Origin: Candidatus Latescibacterota bacterium | Lineage (GTDB): Bacteria; Latescibacterota; UBA2968; UBA8231 | NCBI GenBank assembly: GCA_965215195.1 | Contig: CBDCDC010000002.1 | Span: 2,784,001 to 2,848,000 of the forward strand | Reading direction: 5' to 3' | DNA: 64,000 bases | Shown: positions 20,432-29,207 of the stretch, in pieces | Position numbering within the stretch: the first letter of the stretch is position 1 | Layout of the letters: each line of letters starts with the position of its first letter | Notes under the pieces: generated by a model | Seen by the model: the letters and a program-made list of their open reading frames with translations, nothing else | Database searches by the model: none | Told to the model about the DNA's origin: nothing | Program-made: the position numbers and the translations under genes

Positions 20432-21550
20432 ATGGCAGAAAGCCAAGACAGCGGCTACGGCCGCGGCGAAACCGGATCAAAAGCCGCAGTAGCAGCCCCG
20501 GACTTGCCCTACCAGCCGCGCGATCCGGTGACCTATCGTCCGCAGATCGGCTTGATTGGCTGCGGCGGCATCTCCGAGATGCACTTGCGCGCCTATAAAA
20601 ACGCCGGTTATGAGGTCGCGGCCCTGTGCAGCCGCGATCGGGGGCGCGTCAAGCAGCGGCGGCGGGAATTCTATCCGGCGGCCGACACCTACCTCGACTA
20701 TCGGGACCTGCTCGCCCGCGCCGACATCGAAGTGGTGGACATCACTCCCCACCCCAAGGAGCGGCTGCCGATCCTCGAAGCGGCCCTTGACGCTGGCAAA
20801 CACGTCTTGAGCCAGAAGCCTTTTGTGCTCGACTTGGACGTGGGCGAGGCACTCATTGCACGGGCCGAGCGGCGCGGCGTACAACTGGCCGTCAATCAGA
20901 ATGGCCGCTGGGCACCGCATTTTAGCTACATGCGCCACGCGGTGGCCGCTGGCTTGGTCGGCCAAGTGCAAAGCGTTGAGTTCGCCGTGCATTGGGACCA
21001 CAACTGGATCGCCGGCTCTGCCTTTGACGCGGTGGAAGATCTGGTGCTCTACGACTTTGGGATGCACTGGTTTGATATGGCGGCGGTGCTCTTAGGGCGC
21101 GAGAAGCCGCAACAGGTCCACGCCTCGGCCCGGCACGCAGCCGGTCAGGAAGCCAAGCCGCCGCTTTTGGCCCAAGCGGCGATTGAGTGCGCGGGGGCGC
21201 AGGCGACGATCTTCTTTAACGGCAGCACCCGCCAAGGACAACAGGATCGCACCTATCTCGTCGGCACGGAGGGCGCCATAGGGGCCAGCGGCGTGGATCT
21301 GACGGCGCAGGAAGTCGCGCTATATACCGCAGCGGGCGTGGCCCGGCCGCAGCTTGTGGGGACGTGGTTTGAGCAGGGATTCCACGGGACCATGGGCGAG
21401 CTGCTCTGCGCTGTCGAGGAGGGCCGCGAACCCAACAACAGCGCCCGCGCCAATCTCGCGAGTTTGGCGCTGTGCTTTGCGGCCGTGGCCAGCGCCCACC
21501 GCGGCGAGCCCGTGGTGCCGGGAGCGGTGCGGCGGCTGCCCGGCCCGTAG
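20432..21550 (+). CDS. Gfo/Idh/MocA oxidoreductase
   Basis: IGLIGCGGI, GKHVLSQKP, DFGMHWFD. Confidence 0.88.
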   Translation: MAESQDSGYGRGETGSKAAVAAPDLPYQPRDPVTYRPQIGLIGCGGISEMHLRAYKNAGYEVAALCSRDRGRVKQRRREFYPAADTYLDYRDLLARADIEVVDITPHPKERLPILEAALDAGKHVLSQKPFVLDLDVGEALIARAERRGVQLAVNQNGRWAPHFSYMRHAVAAGLVGQVQSVEFAVHWDHNWIAGSAFDAVEDLVLYDFGMHWFDMAAVLLGREKPQQVHASARHAAGQEAKPPLLAQAAIECAGAQATIFFNGSTRQGQQDRTYLVGTEGAIGASGVDLTAQEVALYTAAGVARPQLVGTWFEQGFHGTMGELLCAVEEGREPNNSARANLASLALCFAAVASAHRGEPVVPGAVRRLPGP

Positions 21551-21601
21551 GGAACAAGCTGTTTTCCCTACCGCCAGACGGCAATTCCTTGGAGGTTTTC
21601 T

Positions 21602-22450
21602 ATGGATTCAACCTGCCTGCAATACACCTTGACCGAGGAGGAGAGCCGCCGCTTTGCCGAGGACGGCTTCTTCATCGTCCGCGATGTGCTGCCCTTGGAT
21701 TTAGTAGATAAGCTCATCCCGGTCGTCGATCGCCTCGATGCCGAGTACCGGCTGCAAAAGGGGCTAGAAAAGCACCAGATGCACAACTTGTTCGACTTTA
21801 TCGGCAAAGATGCACTCTTTCTGGAATTGCTTGACTGGCCCAAGACATTCGCCAAGGTTTTTGGGATTTTGGGCTGGCATATCCAGCTTTACCACTCGCA
21901 TTTGATCGTTACTCCGCCTTTAGACGGCGTCGTGCCCCAACGCAAGCGGCTGGGCTGGCACCAAGACAGCGGGCGGCTCAACATCGACTTGGAGACTCAG
22001 CCCCGGCCGAGGGTCTCGCTCAAGGTGGCGTATTTTCTCACGGACTGCACCCAGACCCATCGCGGCAACTTCCACGCCGTACCCGGCTCGCACCTGAAAA
22101 ACGAGCTAAAAATGCCAGCGGACGAGGACTTGGACCCAGCGGGCGCAAGGCCGATCCAAGTGGCAGCCGGGGACGCGGTGTTTTTTGACCGGCGAATCTG
22201 GCATGCAGCCGGCCACAACTTCTCGCCCGACGCACGCAAGGCCCTGTTTTACGGCTATAGCTACCGCTGGTTGCGGCCACGCGACGACATGACGGTAGAG
22301 CACCTGCTGGACCGCTGCGATCCGATCCGGCAGCAGCTACTTGGTGCCGGCCCGAGCGGCGGGCACGGCTACACCTCGCCAAAAGAAGAAGACGTGCCCC
22401 TGAGAGCGTGGATTCGCGAGCATTTGGGTGAAGAAGCAGTGGTGCAATAA
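21602..22450 (+). CDS. PhyH-family dioxygenase
   Basis: WHQD, VPGSH, AGDAVFFDRRIWHA. Confidence 0.88.
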   Translation: MDSTCLQYTLTEEESRRFAEDGFFIVRDVLPLDLVDKLIPVVDRLDAEYRLQKGLEKHQMHNLFDFIGKDALFLELLDWPKTFAKVFGILGWHIQLYHSHLIVTPPLDGVVPQRKRLGWHQDSGRLNIDLETQPRPRVSLKVAYFLTDCTQTHRGNFHAVPGSHLKNELKMPADEDLDPAGARPIQVAAGDAVFFDRRIWHAAGHNFSPDARKALFYGYSYRWLRPRDDMTVEHLLDRCDPIRQQLLGAGPSGGHGYTSPKEEDVPLRAWIREHLGEEAVVQ

Positions 22451-22496
22451 ACTAGAAGTTATCTCGTCATTTACGTAGGGGCGACCCTTGTTTCGA

Positions 22497-25400
22497 CTAA
22501 CCCACCGGCAGTCCGACAAAGAGCCGGCTGGACACGCTGCTCAGCGGCTCAACTTCGCCGCGCTCGGCCGCCCTAGCAAAGACTACGCCCGGCTGCGCGG
22601 CCCGAGCGGCCCGGCCCAAGACGTGATAATCGGCCCGGCCGGGCTGTTGGGCCGCTTCCCGCGCCTCGCTCCAGCCCTCGTTGGTGGCGGCCAGACCCCA
22701 CAAGGCACGCGGTGCCCGCACCTTGGCCTCCTCCACCGACAGGCCATCGCGCCAACAACCGCGCTGGGCGAACAAACTACCATCTTCCCGACAGATCAGC
22801 CCACCACCCACGTATTGGATCACCTGCTGTTGGTTGCCTCGCGCCCCCGATAGCGTCAACAGGGCTAGGGGCCCCAAGTCGTTGTCGGCGAAATCGGCCT
22901 GCTGGTAGAAAGCCGCCACTAACTCGTCGCTGTACATTTGCCACTCGTCCCCATGGACCTCTTTGGGTTGCTCTGGCCACTCCTTGCCCGAACCGAGGAA
23001 GGGGTTGAAGGAGGCCCCTGACTGCTTGCAGACCTCAAAGCCGCGCCGCGTCAGCCGGTCGAGTACATCCAGCGCTCGCTCCAAACCCTCGCGCTGCAGC
23101 ACCTGAGCGAGCAAGCGATTGAGATCGCGCTTGGTGAACAGCCGGCTGCCATCCACCGCCATTCCGGTCAGCCCCTCCACTTCGGCACGGCCTTCCTCCG
23201 TGCGACACAGCCGCGCCAAGCCCCATGTCATGCCGTGATAGTTGTCGGCCACGTAACGCCAGACATCCGCATCGCGCTGGATGTGTCCGGCCACCGACAG
23301 CGCGGTCTCGGCTTCGGCCTGGGCTTCCTCGGTGAGGGGCAAAAACACCTCGATGGAGTCGCCGTCGAAATCTAGCTCCATTAGTCGGCAAACGCGCGGA
23401 TGGACGCGCACTGCGGCCCCGGCCAAGCGCTGCGGGCGAAAGGCCACCACTGCGGTGGACATTGGGCCTTCGTCAACCAGCATCCGCTGGGCGCTGTACA
23501 GCAGCACCCACGAGCGCGCCATGATCGCGTCCAGAGCCTCAGTCGCCCGGGCCGAGCACCGCACCACTTCGTCGGCGCGACCTATCTCCCGCTCCACCTG
23601 AGGCCCGAACAAAGCCCAAGCCATTTCTTCGGGCAGGCCCACTTGGTCGAGATTCAGCTCAAATCCCGAGACGAGCGCGGCCCGGCCGCTAAACAGCGGT
23701 CTGGCCCGGAAGTGAAGGTGGTCCGGGCGCAACAACGCGGCGAAAAAATCCGCCACCCGCTGGGCCACTCGGGCCATTGCCGGTCCGACTAGGGGCTCCG
23801 GGGCCTCGCTGTCAACGACGCGCTGCAAGCGCGTATTGGCTTCGACCAAATCCTCGAAGCAGCCTCGGATTGGGTCGAACTCGGTTTCCGCGGGCAAAGC
23901 GACGGGAGCGCCCACCGTCCCCACTTGGCGTCCCGGAGCCCACGGGTGCGGCACGGGCTGGGCTAGGGTCAGCCCCTCGGGCTCGGCAAAGGAGAAGCGC
24001 AACGTTGCACTCGCTAACTCGGCTCGTATCCCGGCCATACCCAACAACTGCTGTAACAAGGCAAAGCGCGGGGATGGTGGGGGAGACGGGGATATTGGGC
24101 CAGAGGTCAAGTGCTGGCCCAGCGCATGGGCGTCGGCCCGCTCGGCCGCGGCCGTGTTGAACAAAGCGTGGATATTGGCTACGGCCCCGGCCTCGCACAA
24201 CGCTCCGTAGGCCATCATGTCGAGCTCTGGTCCGCCGACTCCTGCGACCGCAGTTTCCAAGCGCTCGGCCGCGGTGTGGGTGCGGCCCCAGTACACCCAA
24301 CCCACAGTGCTGCGATAGGGCAGCTTTGCGCCTTGGAGGGTCAGTTGCTCCATGCCGTCTCGGGGCAGTCCCGCCGCCGCCAGACGCGCTTTTAACGTCT
24401 CTTCGCTGGGTGCTCGAAAAGGCGGCACCACGGCCGGAGTCCCTTCGGCTTGGGCGAGGCGGCCCATGACTGCCTCGCGCTGTTGGCCGAAATTGAGCCG
24501 CGAGATCATACTGGTAGGACTGAAAATGAGTTCTAGCGGTGCCCCATCGGGCAACTGCGGCATATCGGCGTCGGGCAGGATGCGCGTCACCACCCCTTTG
24601 GCGCCGTGGCGGTTGCTCATGCGGTCGCCCACTCCCACTGCGGCGGGAAAATCCATCCGCGCCGCGGCCGATTCGCTGATGACCAAGCCATCCTCAAACG
24701 TGTCTCCGTCCCACATGATGAAGGCGGTCAGCAGATTGTAGCCACCCCAAAAGTCGGGGGCTTCGGGCTCGTACCCGGTCTGTACTAGGGCTGGCTCGGG
24801 TTTGTTGCCCTTGGAGGCCAAGCGCTGATCGTACTGCTGGCGGAACCAGCCCGTGGAGTGGACCGGTGCCCCTGTAGCGGCCGCGCTCGTCCACTGGCGC
24901 ATCATATTGACGCCCATCAGGGCGCGATTGGTATCGTCGTGTTCGAGGAAGGGGACCATGGAGGCCGAAAAACCCAAAATGCTGTCGGGCGCTGGGTCGA
25001 TCCGTTCGAGCTTGCCGTCGCGGATGCGGGCCCCGCGGGCGACTTCGAGTACGCGGCCGATATTGGGTCCCTCGGGGGTGCAGTAGGGGCATACTAGGCC
25101 GTATTGGCTGTAGGGGAAAACGTCTTGGCTGTCAAAAGACGCGACGACCAGCCGCCGCAGATGGGTATAGCGGTCGAGCCAGTTGGTCGCCTGTAGGTAC
25201 TGCGAGGTTTCCTCCAAGTGGAAGTCGCGCATCCAAGCGTCTAGCGGCAGCCAGTTGTGCACCAAGTCGCCGTCCCAAGCCAACTGCTCGGGGGCCGCCT
25301 CCAACCTCTGGTCAATAAAATCGCAGAGCTGCTCGCCCACGCACAGAATTCGCGCTTGCTCGAGCTCGCGCCGGTCGGGATAGGGGACCACGATCCGGTA

Positions 25401-25637
25401 GTTGCCCTCAATGCGGAAAAGGCCATCGCGGTCGGGCCGCGGCAGGTCGCGGTACTCAACCTCGACCGAGGCGTCGCCGAGTCCCAAGCTCAGTTTAATG
25501 GAAAAAGTATAAGGGCCCTGTTGTTCGACTTGATAGTCGGCCAGCGGCAGGCGCTTACCCAAGAGCCGGGGCAGTCGCTGGTGGACGAAAAGGTCAAAGG
25601 ACTCCCTGTGCCAAGGTACGTCGAGATTCAATGTCAT
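22497..25637 (-). CDS. Miniaturised single-chain RNA polymerase beta-beta' fusion-like protein (1046 aa)
   Basis: Collinear RpoB motifs (SQYLQATNWLDRYTHLRR, YGLVCPYCTPEGPNIG, PFLEHDDTNRALMGVNMMRQ, FEDG, GDRMSNRHGAKG, SRLNFGQ) then RpoC motifs (SGRAAL..GLPEEMA, VHPRVC..DFDGD..VFLPLTEEAQAEA, SGARGN). Confidence 0.93.
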   Translation of the reverse strand: MTLNLDVPWHRESFDLFVHQRLPRLLGKRLPLADYQVEQQGPYTFSIKLSLGLGDASVEVEYRDLPRPDRDGLFRIEGNYRIVVPYPDRRELEQARILCVGEQLCDFIDQRLEAAPEQLAWDGDLVHNWLPLDAWMRDFHLEETSQYLQATNWLDRYTHLRRLVVASFDSQDVFPYSQYGLVCPYCTPEGPNIGRVLEVARGARIRDGKLERIDPAPDSILGFSASMVPFLEHDDTNRALMGVNMMRQWTSAAATGAPVHSTGWFRQQYDQRLASKGNKPEPALVQTGYEPEAPDFWGGYNLLTAFIMWDGDTFEDGLVISESAAARMDFPAAVGVGDRMSNRHGAKGVVTRILPDADMPQLPDGAPLELIFSPTSMISRLNFGQQREAVMGRLAQAEGTPAVVPPFRAPSEETLKARLAAAGLPRDGMEQLTLQGAKLPYRSTVGWVYWGRTHTAAERLETAVAGVGGPELDMMAYGALCEAGAVANIHALFNTAAAERADAHALGQHLTSGPISPSPPPSPRFALLQQLLGMAGIRAELASATLRFSFAEPEGLTLAQPVPHPWAPGRQVGTVGAPVALPAETEFDPIRGCFEDLVEANTRLQRVVDSEAPEPLVGPAMARVAQRVADFFAALLRPDHLHFRARPLFSGRAALVSGFELNLDQVGLPEEMAWALFGPQVEREIGRADEVVRCSARATEALDAIMARSWVLLYSAQRMLVDEGPMSTAVVAFRPQRLAGAAVRVHPRVCRLMELDFDGDSIEVFLPLTEEAQAEAETALSVAGHIQRDADVWRYVADNYHGMTWGLARLCRTEEGRAEVEGLTGMAVDGSRLFTKRDLNRLLAQVLQREGLERALDVLDRLTRRGFEVCKQSGASFNPFLGSGKEWPEQPKEVHGDEWQMYSDELVAAFYQQADFADNDLGPLALLTLSGARGNQQQVIQYVGGGLICREDGSLFAQRGCWRDGLSVEEAKVRAPRALWGLAATNEGWSEAREAAQQPGRADYHVLGRAARAAQPGVVFARAAERGEVEPLSSVSSRLFVGLPVG

Positions 25638-26258
25638 TCGCGTTCCTCCGGGTTATTAATAGCCTGCCAGGCTCGTGCGATCTGGCGGCGGCCGTGGTGC
25701 AGACGCGACTTTACAGTGCCTTCGGGAATGCCCAGTCGCTCGGCCGCGTCCCGCACTTCGACTTGGGCGTCGTAGATCAGACGGAAAACTTCGCGCTTGT
25801 CCTCGGACAACTCTTGTACTTGTCGCCGCAGCCAGCGCTGCTGGTCAGCCCATTCCACTTGGGCGTCGGGGTGCTCAGACGCAGCCTCAATCATCCACTC
25901 GGGCACTTGCTGCAATCATCCACTCGGGCACTTGCTGCGCCTCCTGCTGCACGGTTTCAGACAGCATTTCCAGCCGCTGCTCCCGCCGCCGCCGCACGGT
26001 GCGCAGGTGCGTCAGGGAAAGATGAGTGGCAATGCGGAACAGCCAGTTAGCCGCAGAGCCTCGACCGCTCCATTGGCCGGCCCGGTTCCACACTCGCAAG
26101 AAAACCTCCTGCACTACATCGTTAGCACTCGCATCGTCGCGGACGATGCAGCGCACGCGGTGGTGGACCTGCGCCCGATAGCGCTCAAAGAACTGCTCGA
26201 ATGCGCGTGCATCGCGTTCTTTTATTCGCGCTATGAGTTGTGGGTCCGGTATCTGCAT
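25634..26258 (-). pseudogene. ECF sigma-70 factor, frameshifted by a 25-bp tandem duplication (199 aa if one copy is removed)
   Basis: Region 2 (DVVQEVFLRVW...WLFRIA) in ORF 25887-26258; region 4 (AAERLGIPEGTVKSRLHHGR) in ORF 25634-25915; ATGA overlap with the RNAP-like gene. Confidence 0.9.
25888..25937. repeat. Exact 25-bp tandem duplication
   Basis: CAATCATCCACTCGGGCACTTGCTG at 25888-25912 and 25913-25937. Confidence 0.97.
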
Positions 26259-26277
26259 TGAGGCCCTCTGCAGATAA

Positions 26278-26304
26278 AGACGCCGCCCGGAAGGCATAGG
26301 TTCA
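26278..26304 (-). promoter_or_regulatory. Candidate ECF-type (autoregulatory) promoter
   Basis: TGAACC-N16-CGTCT on the minus strand, 19 nt upstream of the sigma ATG. Confidence 0.6.
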
Positions 26305-26418
26305 AGGACGAAGGTGAAAAAGCCCGCAAACCGCATTGGAGGCTGGCTTTGACTCACTAGTCGAGGGCGGTATCTTACCACCCATCGCCTCGGTGCTCTT
26401 GCGCCAGATCGAGACCCC

Positions 26419-26589
26419 ATGCGCCTAGGGCCAGCCCAACTCGACCAGTTTCACTGCGATGGCTACATCATCGTCCCCGACCTGTTCACTGCCTTAGCGG
26501 CGATGGAACAGGTTTTCTACGGCCAATCCTTCCAGTTGGAGCACACCCTACCCGGCATTGACACAGGCCCCTATCGCGATGAACGTTGA
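26419..26589 (+). pseudogene. Internally deleted PhyH-family remnant (56 aa)
   Basis: MRLGPAQLDQFHCDGYIIVPDLF is a PhyH-type N-terminus; catalytic core absent. Confidence 0.6.
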
Positions 26590-26628
26590 AAGACGGCCAA
26601 CTGCGGCCCGAGAGGCTATTTCCCAGCT

Positions 26629-27528
26629 ATGATTCCGACTATCACCCTGCGACAAAAAGTAATAGAAGGGGGCCAAAAAGGCCCCAACCTGCTGCTCTTG
26701 GGCGGCGTCCACGGCGACGAGTTCGAGTCTATGGCGGCCATCCGCCGCCTGCTGGACCACCTCGACCCAGCGGCCTTGCGGGGCCGCCTCACGGCCATCC
26801 CGGTAGTCAACGAAGCCGCCTATTGGCGCGGCCAGCGCACGGCCGAAGACGGGCTGGACTTGGCCCGCACCTGCCCGGGCCGGGCCGATGGCTCAATCAC
26901 CGAGCGCACGGCTCACGCCGTCAGCGAGGAAATCCGCCGGGCCGACTATCTCATCGACCTGCACAGCGGCGGGTTGGTCATGGAATTCTACCCGACCGCG
27001 GGGTACACCCTGCATCCCGATAAAGCCATCCTCAATGTGCAACGGCGCATGGCCCGAGCACTGAATATGCCCATCATCTGGGGCACCTCGGCCCGACTTG
27101 ACGGACGCACGCTTTCAGTGGCCCGCGACGCCAATGTGCCGGCCATGTACGCCGAGTGGATGGGCGGTGGCACATGCGACCCTCGAGGGGTGGATGCTTA
27201 TTTTGCGGGCTGCTTGAACGTCTTGGCCGAACTGGGCATGATCGACCGCACCTTGCCGCCCCGGCGCACCGAGTACACCGTGGAGGACGACCGCGACAAT
27301 GCTGGCCATGTGCAGCTCAATTACCCGGCGCCCTTTGCCGGTTATTTTGAGCCCCAAGTAACACTGAAAGCGCTCGTGCAACCGGGCGACGCGATCGGCA
27401 CGGTGGTCGATCCTCTGGGGCAGCGGCGCGAGGAAGTGGTATCGACCGAGGCGGGCTTGATCCTGTGTCTGCGGGTCTTCAACCGCGTCCACCAAGGGGA
27501 CAGCTTGGCCGCGGTTTTGGAACTATGA
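26629..27528 (+). CDS. Succinylglutamate desuccinylase/aspartoacylase (M14) family protein
   Basis: GGVHGDE, IPVVN, DLAR, IDLHSG. Confidence 0.88.
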   Translation: MIPTITLRQKVIEGGQKGPNLLLLGGVHGDEFESMAAIRRLLDHLDPAALRGRLTAIPVVNEAAYWRGQRTAEDGLDLARTCPGRADGSITERTAHAVSEEIRRADYLIDLHSGGLVMEFYPTAGYTLHPDKAILNVQRRMARALNMPIIWGTSARLDGRTLSVARDANVPAMYAEWMGGGTCDPRGVDAYFAGCLNVLAELGMIDRTLPPRRTEYTVEDDRDNAGHVQLNYPAPFAGYFEPQVTLKALVQPGDAIGTVVDPLGQRREEVVSTEAGLILCLRVFNRVHQGDSLAAVLEL

Positions 27529-27752
27529 CCCCCTTTTCCGCGCCGCTGGACTCGCGCCGTTTCCAGTCCGCGCTACTGCTTCTTTTAGGCCCCCTATTCA
27601 TCGGGGTTTCCTTCGCTCTTATGCTGCGCCGGGTGGAACCTGTGACCACCTTGTTTTATTTGTGCGCTTGGTGCTTACACGATTGGCCTGAGCATCTTCC
27701 TGAACTCAAGCGCATGGGCAAGCGTTGGTCTCTCATTGAGACGGAGCACTAA
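27525..27752 (+). pseudogene. Short membrane-protein fragment
   Basis: ATGA-coupled to upstream gene; hydrophobic N-terminus then an unrelated-looking tail. Confidence 0.3.
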
Positions 27753-27913
27753 ACCAAGACTGCGCCACAACGTACATTACTGTTGCGTACTAAGGCCGAG
27801 GAGTAACACATGTTTCGAGTAACAACAGATGGCCACTGCGATTCCCTGCGGCCATTTGAAAACGTTGGGCTGCCATAAATGCTGCCTCACGCGACGCGAA
27901 ACTTTGAGCGATT

Positions 27914-28459
27914 GTGCGACACTTGCTGCTGATTAGACATTGTCAATCCGCGGGACAAGATCCGGATGCGACACTAACAGAGATTGGGCAAAAACAGGCG
28001 GAAGCACTCGCTAGGTTTTTATCCGACTACCCGATAGACGTGATCGTCTCCAGCTCTTACACGCGGGCACAACAAAGCATTGAACCGTTTGCTGCCACAG
28101 TGGGATTGCCTGTTCACTTGGATCACCGCCTAATTGAACGGATGCTTTCCGGGAGTCCGATTGACAATTGGCGCGAGGTGATCCGCGACTCATTCGGCGA
28201 CTTGGAGTTGCGGATGCCGGGAGGCGAGTCGGCACGCGAAGTGTTGGACCGCGGCTGGGCTGCGATAAGCGAGCTACTCAACGGTGGTCACCGGTTCCCA
28301 ATTGCGATAACCCATGGCAACCTCTTGAGTCTGATCCTGAACTCACTGGACCCTAATTTCGGCTACGCTCGATGGGAGTCTCTGTCGAACCCAGACGTAT
28401 TCGCACTCAAAGAAGCCGACGATGGGCGATTGGTATTCGAGAGACTCTGGTCTGAATAG
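27914..28459 (+). CDS. Histidine phosphatase family protein
   Basis: LIRHC, SSSYTRA, PGGES, ITHG. Confidence 0.88.
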   Translation: MRHLLLIRHCQSAGQDPDATLTEIGQKQAEALARFLSDYPIDVIVSSSYTRAQQSIEPFAATVGLPVHLDHRLIERMLSGSPIDNWREVIRDSFGDLELRMPGGESAREVLDRGWAAISELLNGGHRFPIAITHGNLLSLILNSLDPNFGYARWESLSNPDVFALKEADDGRLVFERLWSE

Positions 28460-28613
28460 GCACCGGCCGCTTAATGACAAGGAGCGACAAACTTACCCGA
28501 TCCTTGCAGTCGTTCATCGCCTTGACTTTACTACAATACAATCATCGCGGTCTGCGTCGTCTCTCTAGACACGGGCTGACGCAGACGCAACCGATGGCGA
28601 AAGGAGATTTCTA

Positions 28614-29105
28614 ATGGCCATTATCAATGAACTTCTCGCAAACAACGCCCGCTATGCCGACCACTTCGACAAGGGTGCTCTCCCCCTGCCTCCAAGGCTG
28701 CACCTAGCGGTGGTGGCCTGCATGGACGCGCGCATCGACACGCACAGCCTGCTGGGGATCGCGGAAGGGGACGCGCACGTGATTCGGAATGCGGGCGGCG
28801 TGATAACCGACGACGCGATTCGTTCGCTGACGATCTCGCAGCGGCTGTTGGGCACGACTTCGATCATGCTCATCCACCACACGGATTGCGGTATGCTGAC
28901 GTTCCGCGACGACGACGTGAAGGACACAATCGTGGCTGATACCGGCATCCGCCCGGCCTTCGCCTTGGAGGCGTTCGGTGATCTCGAAGAGGACGTACGG
29001 CAGTCGATGGCCCGCATTCAGGCTAGCCCGTTTATTCCGCACAAGGACGATGTGCGGGGATTTGTCTATGACTGCGCCACCGGAAAGCTGAACGAAGTCA
29101 CCTGA
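28614..29105 (+). CDS. Beta-class carbonic anhydrase
   Basis: CMDAR, IRNAGG, HHTDCG; AAGGAG RBS. Confidence 0.93.
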   Translation: MAIINELLANNARYADHFDKGALPLPPRLHLAVVACMDARIDTHSLLGIAEGDAHVIRNAGGVITDDAIRSLTISQRLLGTTSIMLIHHTDCGMLTFRDDDVKDTIVADTGIRPAFALEAFGDLEEDVRQSMARIQASPFIPHKDDVRGFVYDCATGKLNEVT

Positions 29106-29207
29106 TCCCAAGCCGAATGCCTGAAATTTTACACGATTGGCCTGAGCGCATTGATTTGCCAATAACCTTAGTACCAGACAGTGATCTTTGAGGTCGGACA
29201 CTGGTTA

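Noticed and set aside
22497-25637. Calling this ORF the housekeeping rpoB/rpoC or a simple pseudogene of it
   Set aside because: It is far too short and divergent, lies outside the ribosomal-protein cluster, yet is open for 1046 codons with in-frame deletions at domain boundaries.
25888-25937. CRISPR array
   Set aside because: Only two adjacent copies with no spacer, inside a CDS; no cas genes in the window.
22497-26304. Prophage or jumbo-phage origin of the RNAP module
   Set aside because: No integrase, structural or replication genes, no att-like repeats seen, and composition resembles the flanks.
26259-26420. N-terminal extension of the sigma ORF in the ORF track
   Set aside because: It covers the candidate promoter; ECF-like sequence begins at MQIPDPQLI (26258).
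28522-28590. Riboswitch or promoter upstream of carbonic anhydrase
   Set aside because: A GTCTGCGTC/GACGCAGAC hairpin exists, but no riboswitch consensus was recognised and the TTGACT-TACAAT spacing is only 9 bp.
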